DNA of 64,000 nt from Macrostomum lignano (taxonomy: Eukaryota), in NCBI GenBank assembly GCA_002269645.1, contig NIVC01002077.1:124001-188000 (forward strand). Direction: 5' to 3'. Every line of letters starts with the position of its first letter. Position 1 is the stretch's first letter. Below the pieces are notes generated by a model. That model worked only from the letters and a program-made list of their open reading frames with translations, did no database searches and was not told where the DNA came from. Both the position numbers and the translations under genes were made by a program. Positions 22,877 through 35,400 of this stretch are shown here, piece after piece.

Positions 22877-25777
22877 CCCTAGCCTAGGTTTATTTAAATT
22901 AAGGCTAGGCAATAAGGCCTAAGCTTAAAATATAGTATAACTTTTCCAATTGTCGATTTTGAAAATAACTATTTTGATAATAGATCTTAAATAATATGCT
23001 ATAATATTAAAAATTAGAAATTCTGTTTAAGGATAGTAGATAATTGATAGAATATAGAAGTATATTTATTGCATAAGAAAATTCTATATCTTGATATATA
23101 TAGGCCTATAAGTCTTGCATTTTGAGTTGCTAGCTATTTAAAAAGAAATAATTATAAAATGCCCTATTTAGTCTATTTAGCTTCAGTAGATATAAATACA
23201 TTGTAAAAAATGAATAATAAGTAAGAGAGTTTTGGCTTTAAGGTATATTATATAAGAAACTATATATCATTGTATATAATTAATATAGCATAGTCATAGA
23301 TTCAGCAAAGGATAAAGTAGAATATAATCATCAGTATAATAAAGGTGAAAACACACTTCACCTTGGATGAAAATAGAAAATTTGGATAAGTTAGTCATTT
23401 TGGTAATAGGAGATGCCTTATAACATATTATTAAGGCCTATATATTATATGTTTATAGTTCTTTTGTTAAAAATATATTTTATATTTCAAAAATTTTGTT
23501 TAAAGATTGATACATATATGTGTATATAAGTAATATAAACAAAATGAAATGAAATACTACTTTACCATTGTAATAAACCTTTAAACTCTTAGGTTTCATA
23601 TTAGACCTACTTAGGATTGGCAAAATAATTTTCTACTTGAAAACACAATGGCTATCACCAAAAAAGTTTTTTTATTATCAAAATTACTTTGTTTGTCACT
23701 AAAGTGACTATAGTCCCTATGACCATAAAATAAGTCATTTTGACAAAAAGTCATTTTAGTAAAATATATTTTGGTAAAATATAATTTTACCAACAGATAT
23801 CTCAGTGAAAAGCTTTTAATACAATATAAGCATTTTGTTGTAATGCAATAAAGTTAATAACAACCAAAGTGGGATGATACAGTTTTATGTAGAAAAATAA
23901 AGTGGATTTATAGAACAAGTGCAATAGCCATAGGCATATAGATATATAAGAATATAAGTATAACAGTATAAGTATATAGGAAGAAGGAATAGGTTAATAG
24001 TAAAGTTGGAGAGCAAGTTTGAATTTAAGCTTAGACTATTATTTGATTAAAGAAATGAAATGTGCAAAGCATATATATGAATAATGTACTAATATACTAA
24101 TATAGAATATATAATGATAAGTGAACTGTTCTAGGTATTGCATAGCATAAGTCATAATGTGCCAACTAAATTCACTATTTATTTATCAAAAAATGAATTA
24201 ATATTATCTTATGTAGTATTTTGCTTGTATATAATTTTCCTTTTGATTTGAATATCACTAAAATGTTATAAAGCTAAAAGTTAATATAGAGAATTTGTTG
24301 AATCATTTGTGGGTTGCAAACTTTAAGACACACAAAGAAAGCAAAAATGTGACTCTACTCTAAGTCACCAACTGCGTGCACTTTTATTTGTAGCTAAGTT
24401 GAAGGTTAAAGCAATGTATATATATAGGCAGGCTAACATAGCAATATACATTTTTTCTAAGAGTGAGGGAGGGGACACTGATTAATTTGAAGTCATAGAT
24501 AAGCATATATTAAAATATACATTGAAATCACTTTTTGCCACAATTAAATATTGAAATATCATCACAAAATCATCAATGCCAAAAAATACACTACAAAGAT
24601 ATGTTTTTTTTTCAGGTAACCCTAATTTATTCACTTGCATATTTTAAAGTACATTTAACAAGCTATATTAGAGATGCATTTTATTTATAATTACAAATAA
24701 AAATTTGATGCAAACCTTATTAGTTATATTATATTGCAGAATATATTGGCAATTTATCATTTTATTACATTATATTTATTTCATCATTTTTCTATTAATA
24801 TCAATTGATAAAATTTTAAATAGTACTATTTAGATAATTATTCCTTTAAGTAAGCTCTAACATTTGTTACTTATACCTATTTATTAGGCCTTATACAAAA
24901 AATAAGCAATTAGCAATCTTAATAATATTCTTGATTATACAGTCTATACCTAGGTTTAAGTATGCAAATACAAGATTATAAATGTTTGCAAAACTATAAA
25001 ATTTATCTCAAGGGCAAAATGAAGAATCTAGCACATGACTATGAGCTAGAAGGAAAAAAGAGGTGAATAGAGAAGAGAGGAGAGGAAAAATGGTAGAATG
25101 CGCAAGAGAAGGGAGATGGGAGAAGGGAGGGAAAAGAATAAGAAGGAAGAGGTGAGAAAGGAGAGAGAAAAGGAAGAGGAGAGAGGGAGAAGAGAGAGTA
25201 GAAAGGAAAAAGTGGAGAGGAAAGAAGAGAAGAGAGAAGGCTAAGAGAGCCAAAAAGAGCCACAAACTGTAGAGAGGCGAGATGGCTATTATGAAGTTTC
25301 AAGGGACCCAATGGCTAGATAGAGAGGCCTAGTAGGCTGCATATGGCCTAAATGGGCTAGAGTTTGCTAACTCCTGTTATAAGACAACTAGCTAGTAGAG
25401 GATAAGATATGATCCCAATATTGATCTTATTTTTAACTTCTATATCTGCTTATTAAATGTCCTTGAAGGTAGAAAAAATAGTATGCAGTAAAACAAAAGT
25501 TAAGCACTTAGCTTTTTTATAGAGCCCATTTGCATAGAATTAAAAATATTATATTGATATTGATTAATATCCAAGTAAGAAAATGATCGAATTATATAAA
25601 AATGTTTTCTTTTTTTGAAACCTACACTTTAGTTAACATTGAAAGCAACTGCAGTCAAATTTAGAATTAAAAATCCAATCGAATGCTGGGTTGAGTCAAG
25701 CATTGTTAAATAATCATGTCATATTACTTATCATCATTTATTCCAGTAATCTATTTAGTGCATTGAGCTGCATCTCT

Positions 25778-26245
25778 ATGACAATTAAGTACGCAAAGTC
25801 GGATGATGCTTCCGACAATCAGCAGCAGCAGCAGCGGACGCAGCATCCAGATCAGCAGCAACAGCAACAACAACAGTCAGCTGAAGATGCTGATAGCAGC
25901 AGCCAGCCTTCAACATCGTCGTCTGTGCCGCCACAGCAGCAGCCGCAAGCGCCCCCTATTGGACCCGAGGCCATCACTGTTATAACTGGTGATTACAGTC
26001 TTCTGTCTGCCTGTCTGTCTGTGTCTGTCTGACTGACTGTCTGTCTGCCTGTGTCTGTCTGACTGTCCGTATGCCTTTCTGTCTGTCTGTCTGTCTGTCT
26101 GTCTGTGTCTGTCTGTCTGCATGCCTGTCTGTCTGACTGTCCGTATGCCTGTCTGTCTGCCTGTCTGTCTGTCTGTGTCTGTCTGTCTGCATGCCTGTCT
26201 GTCTGTCTCTCTGTATGCCTGTCTGTCTGTCTGCCTGTCTGTGTA

Positions 26246-26276
<31 letters not shown>

Positions 26277-26307
26277 GCCTGTCTGTCTGTCTGTCTGTCC
26301 GTTTGCC

Positions 26308-26358
<51 letters not shown>

Positions 26359-26401
26359 GTCTGTCTGTCTGCATGCCTGTCTGTCTGCCTCTCTGTATGC
26401 C

Positions 26402-26470
<69 letters not shown>

Positions 26471-29400
26471 GCCTGTCTGTGTATCTGTCTATTGAATTTT
26501 CTATTAAAAATCGGTATACGAGCTATGTTGCTTTTTGATGCATGTCGGTAACACAAATTACATTAAATTCAAATACTGCCCACTATTGTCGATCCGCTCA
26601 ATCTAGGCGAAGTTGCCTCGCCGACAGAAGCCGCCGACGGCGATGCTGGAGACGGTGGCGGAGGAGGCGGCGGCGCGGATCCGAACTCCACCGGTGTTGC
26701 CCCATCGACTACCACCGACACCGCAGCGACGATGACAGCGACGACGAGTCCCGCCGAAGCCGGCACGTCGGCTGCGGCGTCGGCGGCCTCAGTGGTGGTG
26801 ACTCGCGAATCGCTGCTAGTTGATAACGGCGACCCGAAGTTCCCAGCCGAGGAGCTGGCCCGCCTGGAGGAGATGATCGGTCGCAACCGCTGGGTGGTGC
26901 CGGTGCTGCCGGACGCCGAACTCGAGCACCTTCTGCTGGCCTCCATCAACCTGATGCGCTTTGACTTGGACGAACAATCGCCCTCCTGTCAGCGCTTCAT
27001 CCGCGACGGCTTGGTTCTCTCTTTCAATAAGATCTTCACCGACGAGGCTGTCAATTCTTGGAAATTCGAGATACAAAAGTACATTCTGGACTCTGCTAAG
27101 CTTCTACTGCAGATGATTGTGCTGAGACTGGACAGAGACAATCCCTACCTTCTCGAATTGCTGTTTCTGGTGCTCAACCCGGAGACGAAGTTTCATATTT
27201 TCAACGGCCAGCGATCGCCGTTGCTGCCGCAGCCTGCAGCAGCCGTGTCGCCCTCTGCCGCCGCCACCATCGCGGCAGCCACCGCAGCCGCCTCTGCTGG
27301 CGGTCCGCCTCCTGTGTTTGCCGTCCCCAGGGAGAATAAGAGTCCAATGCACTGGCTGGTGGATCTGGTCAACTGCTTCGGCAGATTGGGGGGCTTTCAG
27401 GTACTGGCTTGCCTATTGTTCTATGTCTGTTCCCCGTCCTTCATCCCCTCCCGATCCTTCATCCCCTCCCTGATCCTTTATCCCCTCCCCGATCCTTCAT
27501 CCCCTCCCTGATCCTTTATCCCTTCCCCGATCCTTCATCCCCTCCCCGATCCTTTATCCCCTCCCCGATCCTTCATCCCCTCCCCGATCCTTCATCCCCT
27601 CATCATCCTTCATCCCCTCCCCCATCCTTCATCCCCTCCCCCATTCTTCACCCCCTCACCCATCCTTCATCCCCTCCCCCATCCTTCATCCCCTCCCCCA
27701 TCCTTCATCCCCTCCCCCATACTTCATCCCCTCCCCCATCCTTCATCCCCTCCCCCATCCTTCATCCCCTCCCCGATCCTTCATCCCCTCATCATCCTTC
27801 ATCCCCTCCCCCATTCTTCACCCCCTCACCCATCCTTCATCCCCTCCCCCATCCTTCATCCCCTCCCCCATCCTTCATCCCCTCCCCATACTTCATCCCC
27901 TCCCCCATCCTTCATCCCCTCCCCCATACTTCATCACCTTCCTGATCCTTCATCCCCTCCCCCATCCTTCATCCCCTCATCATACGTCATCCCCTCCCCG
28001 ATTCCTTACCCCCGATCCTTCACCAAATCGCCCAGCTTCTACACTTACAATGTACTCACCGACTTGTTGTACTCTGCCGCAGGCGCTGGCTCGCCGATTT
28101 GAGCAACGTGACACTCTCAACGTGACAATCATCGCCAGTTTGTTGCGCCCTTTTGGCGCCAGCGCCGAAGTCCTGGCGCCGTCCACCGTGAGCACCTATT
28201 TCGTGCCTCTACTGCCAGTAGTGCAGGGCTTCCTCAATCGGCTGAGCGACGCCGATCTCAAACGGGAGAGCAAATCTGACAAGCACGACTGTCTTAGTGG
28301 CATCGTGCGCTGCCTTCAGTGCCTGCTAATTCGCCTGCCGGACCAGGAGGAGACCACCAGAAATCTGGAGGAGCTGAGGCTCAAAATGATTCTGCGCGTA
28401 CTGCAATTGTCTTCGTTTAATGGCAAAATGAAGGCGCTTAACGAATTGAACAAAGCTATAACCTCTGTTAGCTATTATCAGCACAGGTACGTTATGACTC
28501 TCATTTTGCTCATCCTCGCAGATCCTCATTATTTGTGTCTGCAGATCCTCATGATTTGTGTCTGCAGATCCTCATGATTTGTGTCTGCAGATCCTCATGA
28601 TTTGTGTCTGCAGATCCTCATGATTTGTCTGCAGATCCTCATGATTTGTGTCTGCAGACCCTCATGATTTGTGTCTGCAGATCCTCATGATTTGTGTCTG
28701 CAGATCCTCATGATTTGTGTCTGCAGACCCTCATGATTTGTGTCTGCAGATCCTCGTGATTTGTGTCTGCAGATCCTCATGATTTGTGTCTGCAGATCCT
28801 CATGATTTGTCTGCAGATCCTCATGATTTGTGTCTGCAGACCCTCATGATTTGTGTCTGCAGATCCTCATGATTTGTGTCTGCAGATCCTCATGATTTGT
28901 GTCTGCAGATCCTCATGATTTGTGTCTGCAGATCCTCATGATTTGTGTCTGCAGATCCTCATGATTTGTGTCCGCAGATCCTCATGATTTGTCTGCAGAT
29001 CCTCATGATTTGTGTCTGCAGATCCTCGTGATTTGTGTCTGCAGATCCTCATGATTTGTGTCTGCAGATCCTCATGATTTGTGTCTGCAGACCCTCATAA
29101 TTTGTGTCTGCAGATCCTCATGATTTGTGTCTGCAGATCCTCATGATTTGTGTCTGCAGATCCTCATGATTTGTCTGCAGATCCTCATGATTTGTGTCTG
29201 CAGATCCTCGTGATTTGTGTCTGCAGATCCTCATGATTTGTGTCTGCAGATCCTCATGATTTGTCTGCAGATCCTCATGATTTGTGTCTGCAAATTTTCA
29301 TGATTTGTGTCTGCAGACCCTCATGATTTGTGTCCGCAGATCCTCATGATTTGTCTGCAGATCCTCATGATTTGTGTCTGCAGATCCTCGTGATTTGTGT

Positions 29401-32400
29401 CTGCAGATCCTCATGATTTGTGTCTGCAGATCCTCATGATTTGTGTCTGCAGACCCTCATAATTTGTGTCTGCAGATCCTCATGATTTGTGTCTGCAGAT
29501 CCTCATGATTTGTGTCCGCAGACCCTCATGATTTGTCTGCAGATCCTCATGATTTGTCTGCAGACCCTCATGATTTGTGTCTGCAGATCCTCATGATTTG
29601 TCTGCAGATCCTCATGATTTGTGTCTGCAAATTTTCATGATTTGTGTCTGCAGACCCTCATGATTTGTGTCTGCAAATGTTCATGATTTGTTTTCAGATC
29701 CTCATGATTTGTATTTACGGATTCTCATGATTTGTGTCTGTAGATCCTCATGATTTGTGTCTGCAGATTCTCATAATTTATGTCTGCAGTTTCTCATACT
29801 GTGTCCTCAGATTGCTCGGAGTTGTGTCCGCAGTTTCTCGAGATTTGTGTCCTTAGATATTCAGAGAATCTGTTGCATTCCCGCCGCAGGCACCGCGACC
29901 CCGAAGGCTTCCTGACCCCGGAGAAAATTGCGGAATGGATCCAGCGCAACCAAGTGCTTTCTATTGTGCTCAAAGAGAATCTTCACCAGCCGCAATACGT
30001 TGAAAAGCTGGAGAAGCTAATCAGATTTATGATCAAGGAGAAGCAGCTGCCGGCAAGCGAACTGGACAAAATCTGGGACGCTCAGCGCGGCAAACACGAG
30101 GCCATTGTTAAGAATGTCCACGATCTGCTGGCCAAACTGGCCTGGGATTTCTCTGCGGATCAGCTGGATCATCTGTTCGTGTGCTTTCAAAATTCCTGGC
30201 GCAACGCCGAGAAAAAGGAGCGCGAGAAGCTGCTTGAACTGATTCGCCGACTAGCTGAGGATGATAAAGAGGGTGTGATGGCGCAGAAGGTTCTTGAGCT
30301 TCTATGGCAGCTGGCTCACAGTCCCGACTGCCCCATCGACATCATGGATCAGGCATTGAGCGCGCATATTAAGATATTGGACTACAGCTGTTCGCAGGTA
30401 AAAAGATCGGCTTTCGTGTTATTCTGAATGATACTACTTGTATTAAGTAGAGTTATTAGTGTTTTCCCACAATTTTATAGTAGATTGAATAAATGATGAC
30501 GTCATTGAATTTATAATTTTACTAACTAAACCATATGCCGCATTTAATGACAGGATCGGGAGCAACAGAAGCTGCAGTGGATCGATAGGACAGTTGCTGA
30601 GATGGACAAGGGCGACAAATGGATTTTGCCGGCGCTTAAGCATATTAGAGACATCTGCTGCTTATTTCATGAGGTCAGTGTATTTTGGATACAGTTTTAC
30701 ATCTTAAAGTACATGTGTACTTTTCAATAGTGTTTTTATTAAAACTCCGCATGCTGCTTTGCCCCATTTGCAGCCGCCGCACCAGCAATATCCTAAGAAT
30801 CAATCGCAAGGCTATAGAAATGACGTCATCAACAAGCTTAACAACACGCACAATATTTTGACCAGAGTGGCTACAAATCTGGTGCAGTACACGGAGAAGG
30901 CGTCTAAATTTGCTAAAGGTGCGTTTTGATTAGGTCTCGCATGGGAATGCTGTGATAAAGTATTTGTAGTTTTTATAATATTGGATGCTATGTAATTGAT
31001 GGGATTGTGTATGATATGGAATGCCAGGTAAATTTATGGGATTATGTATGATATGGGTTGCCAGGTAAATGATGGGATTGTGTATGATATGGAATGCCAG
31101 GTAAATTTATGGGATTATGTATGATATGGAATGCCAGGTAAATGATGGGATGGTGTATGATATGGGATGCCAGGATTATGTATGATATGGAATGCCAGGT
31201 AAATGATGGGATTATGTATGATATGGGATGCCAGGTAAATGATGGGATTGTGTATGATATGGGATGCCAGGTAAATGATGGGATTATGTATGATATGGGA
31301 TGCCAGGTAAATGATGGGATTGTGTATGATATGGGATGCCAAGGTAAATGATGGGATTATGTATGATATGGAATGCCAGGTAAATGATGGGATTATGTAT
31401 GATATGGGATGCCAAGGTAAATGATGGGATTATGTATGATATGGGATGCCAAGGTAAATGATGGGATTGTGTATGATATGGGATGCCAGGTAAATGATGG
31501 GATTATGTATGATATGGGATGCCAAGGTAAATGATGGGATTGTGTATGATATGGGATGCCAGGTAAATGATGGGATTATGTATGATATGGGATGCCAAGG
31601 TAAATGATGGGATTATGTATGATATGGGATTCCAGGTAAATGATGGGATTATGTATGATATGGGATGCCAGGTAAATGATGGGATCGTTAAACATTAATA
31701 TACTACGATATTGCTGCTAAAGTGCAGTAATATATGCGGTGAAACGCCATTAAATTGCACCGTATTCGCAGAGCACCCTGAGCACACTCAACTGGACGTG
31801 CTGCCGGACGATCGCTATAATCACGTGACCCACGTGTCCGAGCGGCTGAAATTCCTGAGATTCCTGCTCAAAGACGGCATGCTGTGGCTTGGAGAGGAGC
31901 AGGCTGTGCAGATCTGGAACTGCCTAGCGGTCAGCCCTGTGTACCCCACTGACAGGGAGACCTGCTTCAAGTGGTTCACTAAGGTGAGTTGTTTGTGGTC
32001 TCTGTTTCCGTGAGGCCAATACTATCGTAAAATGACAGCTGGGTGAACTGAAGCAGTTCAGAGTTAAGTGTCTTGCCCAAGGACACAAATTGTTTTGGGT
32101 GAGTCAAGAATCGAACCCCCGACCTTTCAATCGTGAGTCCGACGCTCTGACCACTAGGCTACAGCCCCCCTCAGATGAAAACTGTATATAAGATAATATA
32201 CCTGCCACACTGCCGCACCTTTGTTCCACCGCAGTTGATGGGCGACGAGCCGGACCTGAACCCGGAAATCATGCAGCAGTTCTTCGAGAATCACATCCTC
32301 CAGCTGGACCCTCGCCTAGTCACGGAGGCCGGCATCAACTGCTTTCAGAATTTCTTTCGGTCAACAAATCTTCGAGCGGAGAAGCTGCTAGTGCGGCACC

Positions 32401-35400
32401 ACAGCGCCTACATGGACGACATCAACATGATCGGCGGCGACTACCTGTGGCGCCTGGCTATTGAAGGCTCCGATTTAGTCGCCGACAAGGCTACAAACCT
32501 GCTCAAAGAAATGTACACTCATCTGGGACCGAAGCTCACCTCCAAGCTCGCGGTCATTCACGAGGACTTCATTCAGAGCTGCCTGGACCGGCTTCGAGCC
32601 GGATTCGACACCGTCAGCTGCGTCAAAGGCGACCCGGCGGCGGCTGCCAAAGTGGCCGAAGAGTGCGGCAAAATGGTCCGCGTGCTGCACGTCTTCCGCG
32701 AGTTCCTCAGCGAGACTGACGATCGCTTCGGCGAAGAGCGACAGCAACCGCGGCTGATGCACGCCTGGCGTGGCCACAGCTTCAGAGTCATACTGCGGCT
32801 GCAGACGGGACAGGTGAGGGCTGGCTGGGCTTCGGTTTGCATCTGAGCTCTGCTTGTAGAGTTGGTGATGCTGGGCTGTTTGCATCTGAGCTCTGCTTGT
32901 AGAGTTGGTGATGCTGGGCTGTTTGCATCTGAGCTCTGCTTGTAGAGTTGGTGATGCTGGGCTGTTTGCATCTGAGCTCTGCTTGTAGAGTTGGTAATGA
33001 CTGGTTGCAGAATCTGTCAGTTGGTAATGACTGGTTGCAGTATCTGTCAGTTGGTAATGAATGGTTGCAGTATCTGTCAGTTGGTAATGACTGGTTGCAG
33101 AATCTGTCAGTTGGTAATGACAGGTTGCAGAATCTGTCAGTTGGTAATGACTGGTTGCAGAATCTGTCAGTTGGTAATGACTGGTTGCAGAATCTGTCAG
33201 TTGGTAATGACTGGTTGCAGAATCTGTCAGTTGGTAATGACTGGTTGCAGAATCTATCAGTTGGTAATGACTGGTTGCAGAATCTGTCAGTTGGTAATGA
33301 CTGGTTGCAGAATCTGTCAGTTGGTAATGACTGGTTGCAGAATCTGTCAGTTGGTAATGACTGGTTGCAGAATCTGTCAGTTGGTAATGACTGGTTGCAG
33401 AATCTGTCAGTTGGTAATGACTGGTTGCAGAATCTGTCAGTTGGTAATGACTGGTTGCAGAATCTGTCAGTTGGTAATGACTGGTTGCAGAATCTGTCAG
33501 TTGGTAATGACTGGTTGCAGAATCTGTCAGTTGGTAATGACTGGTTGCAGAATTTGTCAGTTGGTAATGACTGGTTGCAGAATCTGTCAGTTGGTAATGA
33601 CTGGTTGCCCCCCGAACTGCCGCAGGCGGGCGGTCCGGGCCAGCCCCAGACGCACGTGTCGCCGCAGCCGCCGCACTCGCAGCACCCGAGACTGGCAGGC
33701 CAGCAGCAGCTCAGCAAAGCCGATCACGAGTACTGGGCCCACTCCAACGAGACCCTGGGCTATTACCGGCGCAGCGTGCTCAGAGAGATCGCCAGCCACC
33801 AGGCGGCGCCATTTCCCTGCCGCCTTGAGCTCTACTTCAATAACGAATGCCTGGAACCCGCCGAGACTGACAGACGCCTTCTGGTTGAGCTGGGCATCGG
33901 CAACCTGGCCATCCTCACTGGCAAACTGCTGCCAGCTGCCGCCGCCCAGCCGATACCTAACAACCTGGCCAGCTCACCCGATAGCAGCTCGGGCAGCTCC
34001 GTTGATGGCGGCTCGCCGAGGCAGCAGCAGCAGCAGGCGCAGGTGCAGCATCAGCAGCCGCATCTGCCTGGCCAGCAGCCGCCTCTCCTGCAGCAGCAGC
34101 AGCAGCAGCTGCTGGACGCTGTCCCGGCCGCTTCAGAGGCCTGCCTGCCTGGCGTCATCATGTCCGGCGAGCTGCACCCCGACCTGGCCAATTTTCTATT
34201 CTGCCTGGCCGACCTGGGCTCCGAGCTGGACTTGCCCAGCCTCAGGCAGGGTGTACGCGACCTGCTGGACCTCATGCCGCCGCACCATCGCCAGGTGCAG
34301 CTGCTCCGCTCGCTCTGCTGCGGAGATTCAACAGCCGACGCGTCAGCAGCGCCCGGTCAACTCCGAGACGCTCTGTTTGACAAAGCCGGCCCGAGTGAGC
34401 TGCTTTACAATGCCCAGATGCTGTACAGCCTGCTGTTCCCGGCCAGCGAGTCCGTCTGTCCGGACAGCCAGCTGCTGCTTGTGAAGTTTGTCGAACGCGG
34501 CGGTGTTGGCGTCATTCTAGCCGCGTTCACCAGCACGGACTACCTGACCAGGGCCGACCTGCCAACTCGAAAGCTCATCCACCTGTGGCTTGTCCGCCTG
34601 GCCAAGCTGCTGCTCACTGGCGTAGCCTTCGCCCTGCTCTACGCTCAACAGAGCGGCGACCCTCAGCTGCTGCCCAGTCAACTGGCTGACAGCGCCAGAG
34701 TCCTCATCAGCAGCATCCAGCACACTCCGCATCATCTGCGCGACTACCTGTTGAAACAGCACTGCTCCCGGGTGGCTCGCGACTCTGTTCGAAGCCTGTG
34801 CGAGTCCCGCCTGCTGCGCCAGGACCTGCCGGCTCTGGCCTCCACAGAGGCTGTGGCCGCGGTTGCCAGGCTGGCTTGGGCTAGCGCCGCTCACGCTGTC
34901 GAGCTGGCCTACAGGCCCTACGAGGAGGTGCACGCGGCTATGGAGAGGCTGGCCGCATCGGAACCGGATTTAGCCAGCTTGCAATCATTGCCCGATAGAG
35001 AATTGGCTGTGCTCAGTCTTGAGCTGTTGTCGCTGTGCCTGTCTGTAAGTGGCTAGCTATTTGTTCACTAATATATATCATACTTTGAAAAATGCGCTTT
35101 ATCAAGTAGCTTTCGATACATATCGGCTAGCATCAGTAAAAAACGATTTTTTGAACATTTTAATTATCTTTTTCAGAATTTTCATTAAAAATGTCACTTA
35201 ATTTATTAGTTTTCGATACATATCGGACAAAGCAGATATGTTGAAATTTCCAAAAATCTATTTCGTTTACTATAAGTACCACAGCAAGGATATTTAATTC
35301 AACCGATTCCAACTACTCTCCGCAGGTGAATTCGTCCGCGGTTGAGTCGCTATGCCGGGAGCGCTACTGGCAGTTGTTCATCACCGACGCTCTGATCCTT

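Noticed and set aside
28510-29860. CRISPR-like appearance of regular 20-40-bp repeats here and elsewhere
   Set aside because: Units are head-to-tail with no unique spacers, there are no cas genes, and the context is eukaryotic introns.
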